This document shows, one piece after another, positions 1-12,201 of a DNA stretch of 64,000 nucleotides. The notes beneath the pieces were generated by a model. That model was not told where the DNA came from, did no database searches, and saw only the letters and a program-made list of their open reading frames with translations. The position numbers and the translations under genes were made by a program. Source of the stretch: the human T2T-CHM13v2.0 reference genome, Homo sapiens; NCBI RefSeq assembly GCF_009914755.1, contig NC_060947.1, one strand, 5' to 3'. The first letter of the stretch is position 1, and the number at the start of each line of letters is the position of its first letter.

Positions 1-1289
1 CCTTTCTGGGCTGGCCAAGGCCAGAGCCGGCTCCCTCAGCTTGCAGGGAGGTGTGGAGGGAGAGGCGCGAGCGGGAACCGGGGCTGCGTTCGGTGCTTGG
101 GGGCCAGCTGGAGTTCCGGGTGGGCGTGGGCTTGGCGGGCCCCACACTCGGAGCAGCCGGCCGGCCCTGTCAGCCCCGGGCAATGAGGGGCTTAGCACTC
201 AGGCCAGCGGCTGCGGAGGGTGTACTGGGTCCCCCAGCAGTGCCAGCCCACCGGCGCTGCGCTCCATTTCTCACCGGGCCTCAGCTGCCTTCCCGCCTGG
301 CAGGGCTCGGGACCTGCAGCCCGCCATGCCTGAGCCTCCCACCCACTCCATGGGCTCCTGTGCAGCCCGAGCCTCCCCGACGAGCACCGCCCTCTGCTCC
401 ACGGCGCCCAGTCCCATCGACCACCCAAGGGCTGAGGAGTGCGGGACTGGCAGGCAGATCCACCTGCAGCCCCAGTGCGAGATCCACTGGGTGAAGTCAG
501 CTGGGCTCCTGAGTCTGGTGGGGACGTGGAGAACCTTTATGTCTAGCTCAGGGATTGTAAATATACCAATCGGCACTCTGTATCTAGCTCAAGGTTTGTA
601 AACACACCAATCAGCACCCTGTGTCTAGCTCAGGGTTTGTGAATGCACCAATCGACACTCTGTATCTAGCTACTCTGGTGGGGCCTTGGAGAACCTTTGT
701 GTGGAGGCTCTGTATCTAGCTAATCTGGTGAGGATGTGGAGAACCTTTGTGTCTAGCTCAGGGATTGTAAACGCACCAATCAGCGCCCTGTCTAAACAGA
801 CCGCTGGGCCCTACCAATCAGCAGGATGTGGGTGGGGCCAGATAAGAGAAAGCAGGCTGCCCGAGCCAGCAGTGGCAACCCGCTGGGGTCCCCTTCCACA
901 CTGTGGAAGCTTTGTTCTTTCGCTCTTTGCAATAAATCTTGCTACTGCTCACTCTTTGGGTCCACACTGCTTTTATGAGCTATAACACTCACCACGAAGG
1001 TCTGCAGCTTCACTCCTGAAGCCAGGGAGGCCATGAGCCCACCGCGAGGAACGAACAACTCCAGACGCGCCGCCTTAAGAGCTGTAACACTCACCGCGAA
1101 GGTCTGCAGCTTCACTCCTGAGCCAGCGAGACCACGAACCCACCAGAAGGAAGAAACTCCGAACACATCCGAACATCAGAAGAAACAAACTCCAGACGCG
1201 CCACCTTAAGAGCTGTAACACTCACCGCGAGGGTCCGCGGCTTCATTCTTGAAGTCAGTGAGACCAAGAACCCACCAATTCCGGACACA
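1..1289 (+). mobile_element. LTR12C-type (ERV9/HERV9) LTR, 5' part outside window; solo or 3' LTR
   Basis: GC/CpG-rich U3 (CCTTTCTGGGCTGGCCAAGG...), 41-bp CCAAT/TCTAGCT repeats, GCAATAAA at ~929-936, U5 repeats (GAGCTGTAACACTCACCGCGA), canonical end ...CCAATTCCGGACACA at 1289. Followed by AT-rich flank with no primer-binding site. Confidence 0.95.
540..940 (+). promoter_or_regulatory. ERV9 LTR enhancer/promoter: NF-Y (CCAAT) and GATA motif cluster with AATAAA TATA-like box
   Basis: CCAAT at 566, 607, 648 (41-bp spacing), 776 and 814; TATCT/AGATAA GATA motifs; AATAAA at 931. Matches the known ERV9 LTR promoter architecture. Activity at this locus is not shown. Confidence 0.7.
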
Positions 1290-2219
1290 CTTATACTTTT
1301 TTTGTTAATCTCAAGCTCCTATTTGGAAGCTTCCACTGCACAATTATGGGCTAGAAAGGGCTTGTCCTTCAGTAAGGGAAATGATTTTAAAGCTCCAGCT
1401 TAAGTCCTTGATTTAAATTGAATGAAAGTCTCCAAATCCCACCAATGTGCTGCTTTGCATATCAGAAGGTTTCTTGCTGGGCTGGAAAGGTGGATCTGTA
1501 TTTGAGCATTTGGTGCCAGTAAAAAATGTCACAAAGTAAGCAGAGTCTAAAGGGTTTTCTTCCAAAATAAAAATAATTACTTTCATCCCACATCACTGTT
1601 CTGACTTAGGTTCTTTTTCAAAATGCTCTTCCCCTTTTTTTGGTCAGTAACCTAATAATATCTTTGTGAGGGCAGTGAGACCTAAGTTTTCAATTCCTTA
1701 TTTAATAACATCTTTATAATCTTCTTTCATCCTTAACATTACTATACTGACTGCTGATATGTTTTCTTCTTATAACCATGTGCTTAACAAGGTCATGGTA
1801 CTTTGGTTTCTTTTTGTTAGCTGCCTGTGAATGGAAATACCTGGGGCAGTTTTACGCAGTGTTGTTTGTTTTAATTGTAATGTTACTGACAAATGTTTTT
1901 TATGAAGTAACAGTAGTTGGAAACTATCAATGAAGGTTATTGTCTTTTTAATGCTATAAATGTTTCAGTGTGAAACATTTATAATACAAAGTGCATCAGC
2001 TGTGCACTTTGATTTGTAGCATAAGTGATTGATTAATCTACAAGGGTTTAGACTAAACAAACTCTTCTGAAAATGAGTTGCTCTTATAAAAGGCAGCATT
2101 CACTGAACCTGGAATTCGGGAAAAAACTCCAATTAAAGACATTTCCTTCCTTTTATTTCTCCTAAAGGTAAAAAATAACCTGCCCAGGTTTTGTCACCTT
2201 GAATGGGTTTTAATGAAGG

Positions 2220-2400
2220 AGGTAGCATCATAGAGTGGGAGAAAAACATTAAAAGACAGAAGACTTTGTTTCTGGTCTAAGCCCTATGATTGTAATAGCC
2301 CTAGGTCATCTTACACAATAATTGCTTAATATCTAAACCTCAACTTGCACATCTATAAAATAGGGAAGCTAATATTAGATTTTCCTATCTCGAGAGGTTA
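2220..2400 (+). mobile_element. MIR SINE fragment
   Basis: Degenerate MIR core (...AACCTCAACTTGCACATCTATAAAATAGGGA...). Confidence 0.55.
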
Positions 2401-2885
2401 GGCATAGTTATTCAGAGGCTTCTTGTGTAATTGTTCTTATATTTCCCTAATTTGGGAGAATTTCCAGTTTTCATCTAATTTTATTTATAATTAATGTTCA
2501 CGAACCTCAATCTAACCTCTCAATTCAGTGGGAAATAAACTTAGTCAAATTAGCTTTAAATGTTTAATCTTTTGGCCTTCTGCACATATAAGCTACTCAC
2601 AGTAGCTCACTCATATTGGCTGTTAAGATTTAGTACAACCAAGGTGCCACAGTCTATTTGCACAATGCAGTTAGCCGAAATCAATGTCAGTGGAGCCAGT
2701 AATACATTGCCACACCCCTTAGCAAGTTTCTACAAGATGTCATAACGACCAGCATTTTGATCAATTTCCTAAAAAATAAAACAAAAGCCACGATTTCATT
2801 TTAGGGCAGATTCAGGACCTAGAAAAATTAGCTTCTAGGGTAACTAGTTCCTAATGAAACCCTTAGACTACCATGTAGTCTAGGC

Positions 2886-3063
2886 CAGTGGTTTCCAAAC
2901 ATAGCTGGTCATTAAAATCACCTGGCAAGTTTAAAAATCAGAAAGATTCCCAGACTCTGCCCCCAGGGATTCTGGATCAGTAGATGTGGTGTGGAGTGTG
3001 AAAATTCATACTTTGAAAAACTGCCCAGGAAATTCTGAGAATCAACCAAATCTGAGATGCGCT
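2886..3063. mobile_element. MER5A-type hAT-Charlie MITE
   Basis: CAGTGGTTTCCAAAC start, ATCACCTGG, GATTCTG motifs, ~180 bp, inserted at a TCTAG-like target. Confidence 0.75.
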
Positions 3064-3240
3064 AATCTAAGTTATCCTGACATGCATAATGACAGGGATT
3101 TGTTCTCAGTTTTGTGTTCTTTAGAGACAATTGAGTACTTAATTCAGGTTTTTACAGTACAAATGCATCCTCCATTGTGGATCTATATTGTGAATATAAA
3201 TGATATCTCATTGTCAGAGACTAAATCTTATGTTTAGGAA

Positions 3241-3430
3241 AGTAATTCTCAAACTTTATGTGCTTTCAAATCACTTAGGGGGCTTGTTGAAAATTTGAAT
3301 ATGGTCCTCACTCCCAGAGATTTGGATTCACTTAGTTTGGGATGGGGACCCAGCACTCTGCATTTTTAACAAGTACCACAGATGATTCTGATACAGATGA
3401 TCTAGGGAGTCACACTTTGAAAAAACACTG
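3241..3430. mobile_element. MER5 (A/B) hAT-Charlie MITE
   Basis: AGTAATTCTCAAACTT ... CTGCATTTTTAACAAG ... CACACTTTGAAAAAACACTG terminal inverted ends. Confidence 0.75.
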
Positions 3431-4075
3431 GCTTATGTAGTAGGCTTTCAGTAACCTAAATATGTTGCCTTTACTATATGTAATCATAATTTCAAATTAG
3501 TAATTCAGATGAATATACACATTCTCACAAAGAGATAATCACCTCTTCCTAATGTTTTATACTTTATTCAAGTCCTTTTAAATATGGATCAGAATTAAAT
3601 GGGCCTCTTTGGACTTATATAGGACAAAGTTGAAAAGTGCCAATGAATTATATTTTTTCTATCTTTAGCTTTGGAGAGTTAAACCTAATTTTAGAAGAGT
3701 AGAAATGGATCAGTAAGGATTATGTATATGATTATTTGGCTCATTAGAACAAAATAAAATATTTGGATTGTCTCCTGAACATTTCACTATGAACTAATTA
3801 TAGCTCCTAGATCACCAGAATATTAACTGAAGCTGGATCAACAATTCTTATAGCCTAGTCTTTCTTCTGCTTTGGCGTATTAATAACTAAAATACAACAC
3901 AGTTCCCTGTCAGTCCTGTTTCATCTTTCATATGATTTTTGTTAATAGTCTATTGTCAGGCTAAGTTGTGGGTGTTGCCACGTGTAAATCATAATGCAAT
4001 GTTCAAAGAAGAAAATGAAAATCACCTGAAAGTCCATTTCCTAGCGAGGACACTATGAATATTTGGTGAACTTAC

Positions 4076-4260
4076 TCTCTCTTTCCACTTCTCTCCCTCT
4101 CTCTCTATAACATATATATGTATATATAATGTTATATATATGTATATAATGTTATATATGTATATATAGTTATATATATATAAAACATGGTATACATATA
4201 TGTTCATATATATAGAACATATATATATAAACATGCATATATATTATATATATGTATACC
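4076..4260. repeat. (CT)n followed by degenerate (TA)n microsatellite
   Basis: Direct reading of sequence. Confidence 0.9.
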
Positions 4261-4547
4261 AGAACTAATATAATCTTATATACAGAGCTTAAGCATTAAA
4301 TCATATGCGCTTTCTCGTTCCATTAAATGTTTTCTACGGCATCATTTTCAGAGTTCCATTTTAATGGTAATATACAACCATGGAATAAATAAAAGATTAA
4401 GCCCACAAGTAGATTAGATACATTTATTTATGTTTTTTTAATATTCGAAGTTTCTACCTCAAAAGACTTAAATGAGTTAATACATATTTGCCACTTAGGA
4501 CAGTCTGAGGCATAGCAAGTGCTCAATGAATGTTTATTATAATTCAA

Positions 4548-4788
4548 AGTGATTGCTTGGGCCCAAGCAGTGGAGGGAGAAGATGGGAAGGCAAGGGAGG
4601 GAAGAGAAATGGGCGATGACTACTAATGGTTATGGAGTTTCTTTATTAGAGGAGGAAAATGTTCTAAAATTGATCGTGGTGAAGATTGCACAGCTCTATG
4701 AGCATCCTTAATACCATTGGTTTGTACATTTTAAATGGGTGCGTTGTATGATATGTGAATTATATCTCAATAAAGCTGTTAATAATAT
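4548..4788 (+). mobile_element. Old L1 (L1MB/L1ME-type) 3' end
   Basis: AAATGTTCTAAAATTGAT...GTATGATATGTGAATTATATCTCAATAAAGCTGTT, typical L1M 3' terminus with polyA signal. Confidence 0.8.
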
Positions 4789-6462
4789 ATAGGTATACTG
4801 AATAAATGACACTAATCATCTGAATATTTCAAAAACATTATAAAAACCATTTATTCGAATATATGGGAAATACTGATATTCCTTCTTTTATATTCTTTAC
4901 AAATAAACTTTGAGTAAATTCCTCAAAAATGTATTGTTGGTTTTTTTATGTTAACAAAAGTTACTAATGCCTTGGATAAGCAGATGCCATTACATTTCTC
5001 CTGGTTTTTCCCATTAAAGCAGCAAAGTTGAATATTAATGAGTATAGAGAATTATGTTGTCATGCATGTTAGTCTGGAAAATATAAATTTATCTCATAAA
5101 AAAGTCAAAGATCAAATAAGGTTTTTACTGTTAATTGGAAACAAAGTGTCATTGGTCTCCTGATTTAAAGGGCACTCAACTATGATTAGCTACCTTAAAA
5201 AATCAAAGAAAAGAAAGAAAGAAAAATAATTATGGTTAAAGTGAATTTATTATTAACCTTTATTTCAGTAAGGTCTTTCTCATAGCCCATGGCACCAAAT
5301 AAAATTAAATATAGAAAACTTTCGTAACTCACAATGACATTCTCAGTGTTAAGACATTTTAAAATAAAAAAATCCCGCATTATGGAAAGCATACTTCAAA
5401 ATTATTAGATGTAATATTTTTATAGCCAAAAGCATTTAAATTTGAAGAATTAAACAACTAGGTGACTGGATACTATTTATGGATGTAAAAAGATTTAGTC
5501 TCTTTCATAAGTACACATTCTTTCTCTTTAAGCCACCTGTTCTCTCTCAGAATTGGTTTTGTTAAAACTAATCTCAAGATTCCAACTATTTTCTATTCCA
5601 AGGGAACTACATCAAGAACAAAATTGGATATTTGTCTTAATTATTGGTAAAGATTCAGAACAGGTTTATGAACAGACAGTTCACTAATTTGTTATAGTCT
5701 TTCTCATAACATTTTAAAACATGGTCTGGAAAATATCAGAATAGGCTTCCAAAAATAAAACCAAGCAACTGACCTAAGTTCAGTGAAATGCTTGAAACAT
5801 ATATTACCTGAAACTTTAGCATAATGAGTTCCTTAATTAGGGAAGACCTAATTTAAGGTGTTAAAAAGTCATGTGGCTGAGTATTTGAATTACTGTATGT
5901 TTACATTCATTTAGCTAGAAACTTCAATTATCAATTAGAAATCCAAATTAAAATTGTACTCCCACTTCTACCACAGCTAAAATATTTCTAAGGAAGTATT
6001 AATGGAATACTTTTGTTATATGCTGGACACATTTATTCACAGTTATTCATTTCCATAAATAAGAATTCAAGTAAATGAATAACACTAAAAAGGATACTTG
6101 TTTAAAAATGTGGTATTGTCTAACAAACAACAACTAACAGTCTCTGATTACAAGCATTCTTTTTTAGCATAGTATATTTACTTTTAAATATATCTAATAT
6201 GTTTCTATGTGTAACCTTTATTTAGCCAATTTATTGTAAGTTGCCATTAGAATGGAACTCTGAAAATGTTTACAAAGAATTATAATATACGTGGGAAAAT
6301 ATGTAAGATATGGAATGTGGGAGAAAAAAAGGAAGTGGAATACAATGGTATATAGAGAATTAGCTTTAAACTTCTAAACTTTCCCAATTTTCTACAGTAA
6401 GCATATACTCTTTTTATAATCAAGAAACATAATATTCATTTATTTATTTTCTGTGTGTGTGC

Positions 6463-6657
6463 GTTTTTTTTTTTTTTAGATAGGGTTTCACTCTGTCACT
6501 CAGGCCGAGTGTAGCAGCACAGCTAATTTTTTATCTTTTGTAGAGACAGAGGTCTCACTGTGTTGCCCTAACTGATCTCAAACTCCTAAACCAAGGGATC
6601 CTTCCACCGTGGCCTCCCAAATTGCTGGGATTACAGGTATGAGCCACCATTCCCAGC
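6463..6657 (-). mobile_element. AluJ-like element with internal deletion of most of the right arm
   Basis: PolyT, then a short right-arm stub joined to CAGCTAATTTTT and a full left arm ending GAGCCACCATTCCCAGC. Similar A(A/G)GAAACATA flanks on both sides may be a TSD. Confidence 0.85.
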
Positions 6658-7298
6658 AGGAAACATATTTATTTAAAGGAACCCTAGTCAATGACCACAA
6701 TTACAGTAGAACAATTAGAACACGCATGTATTTTGTTTTACTTATGGCTCCATGAAAGTATAATTTATTATTTCAGCATTTCACATCATAGAACCTGACT
6801 CAGAAAATACATTCATTATTTACCCTTTTATATGTTGATGATGATAATCAAGGCAGAAGCCACTTATGAAACACATTTTAGCTTTTAGTGCTGCAGTTTA
6901 AAAAGAAGAAAGATTTTTTGCTTGGTACAGTCATTAGCTGAAACCATCAACAGCAATGTGTTATTGGCTAAATAACAAAGCAAGAATTAGAGCTATAATC
7001 ATTTAGTCAAGATGCTCATGATGTTTAATATTTTATCATATATAAAACATTGATCTACAACTAAAAGATGAGAGGATTTGCATAGATACACCTTAAACAT
7101 TCTGCCTCCCATTGACTGAAATATCTTTATTGTACATTTCATTCTACCTTATGGTTTTAAAAAATCTAGTTGGCCACCTGTTTTCTTACATTTATTATAC
7201 TTATAATTTTTCTTTATATGATAATATTTGGAAGATATAGTACTTATTTCATTTTTTAATTCCTTTTGCTGGATGAAACTTGCTGGTATACGTCATGA

Positions 7299-8095
7299 TG
7301 AAACAGGAACTATTCCTTGACCCCTTTCATGGGACTCAGGACAGGGATGCCTTGCTTACTCAGCCTGCAGCTCTCAACCCCTCACAGGAGGGGGAGCATG
7401 TAGAGGAGTGGGTGCAGGAGCTGGAGCGAACACTTTTGGGTGCTGGCAGGAGCAAAACTCTGTGCTGCCCCCGTCTAGGGAGGTGCCTGTGACCCCTGAT
7501 GCCCCAGAGGGCATGTGTTACAGTGCTCTTTTAGCTTTGCTGTCCACAGATGGCTTAAGTGTTCAACAGCTCAGTGGACCCTCTGCCTTTTTGCAAGAGC
7601 AGAGGGTCCGTGTGACAGCTTTCTGTATCCCGAGCTCTTGTCTGGTGTCCAGGAAAAATTAGTTCACATGAAGGATAATAAATGCTGGGGATTTTATTGC
7701 TGATGGAAGTGGCTCTTAGCGGGATGGGGAGCTGTAAAGGGGATGGAGTGGGAAGGTATCCTTCCCGTGAAGTCCAGCCATCTCAGGCCATACTCTTCTC
7801 CGAAGTCTCGCTGAGGTCAAGCTGCTTCTCTCCAATGTCAAGCCACAGTCTCTGACATCCAGCTGTTTCTCCTCTTTTCCCCTTCTCTGCTCTCTACTGG
7901 TGGAGCCTAGGGTTTTTGTGGGTACAGGATGTGGGCTGGGGTGGGCCATGGGAGGTATTGGAAAAGGCAACATTCAAGCAGGAAAACAAGAATGCATGTT
8001 CTCACTTTGGGCCATGGTTCCAGGCTCCAGGGTAGGGCTTCTCCAAGGGTCCCATCCTTTTCTGCCTAGAATTTTTCTGCCTCCTGTCCCTATCA
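7299..8095 (-). mobile_element. ERV1 solo LTR of the LTR1/LTR27/LTR28 group
   Basis: TG...CA termini; minus strand starts TGATAGGGACAGGAGGCAG; polyA signal (TTTATT on +, ~7694); 4-bp flanks ATGA/ATAA (TSD with 1 mismatch). Confidence 0.8.
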
Positions 8096-9449
8096 ATAAG
8101 ATAATATATAATAATACAATAATTATTCTAATATAATAACACCTTCACTATGGCCATGTCTACCATTTTTGACAGTTAACGGCTCAGTTTCAGAAGAAAC
8201 AGACTGGCTTACTCAATTGTGGCATTATATTTATTTATTTAGCCATAAGAAAGTCTATCTGGGGCTTATCATGAGAAGTTTGGGGTTTGCATGTGTATCT
8301 AGATATTTTAAACTATGTTTCCTAGATCATACCTAGGAAACAGGGAAACAGTCAGTGGAATCAAATAAACCACTATGAAAATACTAATTTTCGTTCACAC
8401 CTCTGTATGTTTTATTTAATAAATTATGAGTAAAGCCTATTCAATTATTAATCTGGAAAATAATTAAATCAACAGTAATTTTTAACAACAGCAAATAGAA
8501 ATAAAGCTAATTTTAAAAGTTCATCAATAAAAAGAACAGATTTTGTAGCAACACATTACAAACGGACAGGATTTAGGATGTTTCTAATTACTTTTAAATC
8601 TACATAGGCATTAGTTATTTTCTAAATTCAATCTTTGTTTACATGCACCCTCCAAGATCATGAAATGTGAAAAAGTGAAAGTAGGATTCTGCATATATAA
8701 AATTGCTTTTCATACTCAGATTCTGTGAATTAGGTGGGGTGAGGATAACACTCTTGGGAAATTGTGTTAACAACTTATTAATTTGAGTAGTACATGATCT
8801 CAACAATAATGAAGTTAATGACTCTCTATACTTATTTGATCAGTTACTGTAGTTCTCTTTTCATAATATTTATGTGCTTCCAAGATATAAATTAGTTTCC
8901 TGGTTTCTAGTTATTAATAAATATTTATTTGATACCTGATATTTAGTATTATATGCATGCATATTAATTTTAGCCTATGATAGCACTTGCTAGTATACTA
9001 AAGTTACTCTGGCTTTCAACAAAAGTGTTTATGTGAACATCAATACTGCAAAAATAGCCATGACTCACAGAAGAGTATTTAATCTTATGGAGATGACAAA
9101 GGCTCTCTTTAATAAACCTTTAATAACTCCAGGTGAGATTACATATAGATGTGATGAATGATTCAATAAATGTTATTTAATAGATACACTCTGTATCTAA
9201 TCCTATCTTGGGATATTAGAGGGATAAAACATGGATGGGAGTGAATGTTGAAGACTTGGAAAACTGTCAATATCCTCAAGGCACTTAAAATAAAATTGGA
9301 AAGAATTATAAATTAGTGATACAAGATAGAACAAAATTGAGTGACAAACTGTGTGGTACAGATAGAGATGGATTTATGATGAAACTAATGAAGCTTAAGA
9401 TTCAGGAAACCCTTACTAGAATGGGTCCCTCGAAAGACCCTAATGGGAC

Positions 9450-9695
9450 TGTATCAATTGCTATGACTTCCAAGACATCACAGACTGGTTGTATTTTCCC
9501 ACAATTTTGGAGGCTGGAAGTCCAAGATAAAGAGGTCAGTAGGGTTGATTTTTGTCTAAGGTCTCGCTCCTTGGCTTGTAGATAGCCATCTTTTCTGTGT
9601 GTCTTCACATGATTTTCCCTCTGTGTGTGGCTCTGTCCTAATATCTTATTCTTACAAGGACATTAGTCACATTGGATTAGGGTACACCCTAATGC
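9450..9695 (-). mobile_element. MLT1A/B-type MaLR LTR fragment
   Basis: GGAGGCTGGAAGTCCAAGAT...CTCCTTGGCTTGTAGAT...AAGGACATTAGTCACATTGGATTAGGG. Confidence 0.75.
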
Positions 9696-9760
9696 ACAAC
9701 AGAGCACTAGTGATATATTTGCATCATCACATGGTTTTGCAAAATTTGTAAAACTAAGAT

Positions 9761-12019
9761 TGTTGTGGTTTGGCTGTGACCCACCCAAATATTGTCTTGA
9801 ATTCCCACATGTGTGGGAGGGTCCCAGCGGGAGTTAATTGAATCATGGGGGCTGGTCTTTCCCGTGTTGTTCTCATGATAGTGAATAAGTCACACAAGAT
9901 CTGATGGTTTTCTAAGGGGGAGTTCCCCTGCACAAGCTTTTTGCCTGCTGCCATCCAAGTAAGACATGACTTGCTCCTCCTTGTCTTCCACCATGATTGT
10001 GAGGCCTCCCCAGCCATGTGGAACTGTGAGTCCATGAAATGTCTTTTCTTCCCAGTCTTGGGTATGTCTTTATCAGCAGCATGAAAGTGAACTAACACAG
10101 TAAATTTGTACCAGTAGAGTGGGGCACTGCTGAAAAGATACCTGAAAATGTGGAAGTTACTTTGGAACTGGATAACAGGCAGAGGTTGGAACAGTCTAGA
10201 GGGCTCAGAAGAAGACAGGAAAATGTGGGAAAGTTTGGAACTCCCTAGAGACTTGTTGAATGGCTTTGACCAAAATGCTGATAACAATATGGACAATGAA
10301 ATCCAGGCTGAGATGGTCTTAGATGGAGATGAGGAACTTGGTGGTAACTGGAGCAAAGGTGACTCTTTTTATGTTTTAGCAGAGACTAGTGGCATTTTGC
10401 CCCTGCCCTAGAGATTTGTGAAACTTTGAACTTGAGAAAGATGATTTAGGGTATCTTTTGAAAAAAATTTCTAAGCAGCAAAGCATTCAAGAGGTGATTT
10501 GGGTAATGTTAAAGTCATTCAGTTTTATAAGGGAAGCAGAGCGTAAAAGTCTGGGAAATTTGCAGCCTCACAATGCAATGGAAAAGAAAAACTGATTTTC
10601 TAAGGAGAAATTCAAGCCAGCTGCAGAAATTTGCATAAGTAATGAGGAGCAGAATGTTAATTCCCAAGGCAATGGGGAAAATATCTCCAGGGTATGTCAG
10701 AGGTCTTCATGATAGCTCCCCCCATCACAGGCCCAGAGGCCTAGGAGGAAAAAATGGTTTCATGGGCTGGACCCAGGGTTCCCATGCTGTGTGTAGCCTA
10801 GGGACTTGGTGCCCTGCAACCCAGATGCTCCAGCCATGGCTGAAAGGGGCTAATGTAGAGCTCGGGCCATGGTTTCAGAGGGTGCAAGCCCCAAGCCTTA
10901 GCAGCGTCCATGTGGTGTTGAGCCTGCGAGTGCACAGAAGTCGAGAATTGGGTTGGGCACCTCTGCTTAGATTTCAGAGGATGTATGGAAACTCCTGGAT
11001 GCCCAGGTAGAAGTTTGCTGCAGGAGTAGGGACCTCATGGAGGACATCTGCTAGGGCAGTGCAGAGGGAAATGTGGGGTCAGAGCCCCCACACAAAGTCC
11101 CTACTGGGGCACAACCTAGTGGAGCTATGAAAGGAGGGCCACCATTCTCCATACCCCAGAATGGTAGATCCACTGACAGCTTGCACTGTGCACCTGAAAA
11201 AGCCACAGACACTCAACACCAGCTGGGGAAAGCAGCTGGGAGGAAGACTGTACCCTGCAAAGCCACAGGGGTGGAGCAGCCCAAGACATGGGAACCCACC
11301 TCTTGCATCGGCATGTCCTGGATGTGAGACATGGAGTCAAAGGAGATCAATTTGGAGATTTAAGATTTGATGGCCCTGCTGGATTTCCGACTTGCATGGG
11401 GCCTGTGGCCCCTTTGTTTTGGCCAGTTTCTCCTATTTGGAATGGCTGTATTTATTGAATACCTGTATCCCCACTGTATCTAGGAAGTAACTAACTTGCT
11501 TTTGATTTTACAGGCTCATAGGTGGAAGGGGCTTACCTTGTCTCAGTTGAGACTTTGAACTGTGGACTTCTGAGTTAATATTGAAATGAGTTAAGTCTTT
11601 AGGGGACTGTTGGGAAGGCATGATTGGTTTTGAAATGTGAGGACATGAGATTTAGGAGGGGCCAGGGGCAGAATAATATGGTTTGGCGGTGTCCCCACCC
11701 AAATATCATCTTAAATTCCCAAGTGTTGTGGGAGGGACCCGGTGGGAGGTAATTGAATCATGGGGGCAGGTCTTTCCCATACTGCTCTTGTGATAGTGAA
11801 TAAGTCTCAGGAGATCTGATGGTTTTACAAGGGGGAGTTCCTCTCCACAAGCTCTCTTTTTGCCTGCTGCTATTCATGCAAGACATGACTTGCTCCTCCT
11901 TGCCTTCCACCATTATTGTGAGGCCTCCCCAGCCACGTGGAGCTGTGAGTCCATTTAACCTCTTTTTCTTCCAAGTCTTGGGTATTTCTTTATCACCAGT
12001 GTGAAAACAGACTAATACA
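9761..12019 (+). mobile_element. Complete THE1 (THE1A/B-like) MaLR provirus: 5' LTR 9761-10099, internal 10100-11673, 3' LTR 11674-12019
   Basis: Two homologous ~340-bp LTRs ending ACTAA(C/T)ACA; internal fragments translate to typical THE1-int peptides (WNSLEGSEEDRKMWESLELPRDLLNGFDQNAD); 5-bp flanks AAGAT/AATAT. Internal ORF is disrupted. Confidence 0.92.
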
Positions 12020-12081
12020 AATATATATATATATGTATATATATATATACACACATATATATATATACATATATATATATT
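12020..12081. repeat. (TA)n microsatellite with CA interruptions
   Basis: Direct reading. Confidence 0.9.
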
Positions 12082-12091
12082 TTTTTTTCCA

Positions 12092-12201
12092 AAAAAAAAG
12101 AGGTTTAATGGACTCACAGTTACACGTGGCTGGAGAGACCTCACAATCATGGTGGAAGCTGAAAGGCACGTCTTACATGGCAGCCGGCAAGACAGAATGA
12201 G
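12092..12201 (-). mobile_element. THE1 (C/D-like) LTR fragment, inverted relative to the adjacent provirus
   Basis: AAAAGAGGTTTAATGGACTCACAG...CTCACAATCATGGTGGAAG...CACGTCTTACATGG is the reverse complement of THE1 LTR sequence. Confidence 0.8.

Noticed and set aside
41-1166. Overlapping ORFs up to 186 aa at the window start
   Set aside because: They lie wholly within the GC-rich LTR12C, where stop-poor frames are common.
1987-2011. miR-17-family microRNA gene
   Set aside because: Only the first 8 nt match and the hairpin is ~25 nt, far too short for a pre-miRNA; retained only as part of the palindrome finding.
2818-2884. Short hairpins (CCTAGAA/TTCTAGG; TAGACTAC-cat-GTAGTCTA)
   Set aside because: Stems of 7-8 bp next to a MER5 TCTAG target site are plausible by chance.
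9754-10356. 200-aa minus-strand ORF
   Set aside because: It is the antisense reading of THE1 LTR/internal sequence.
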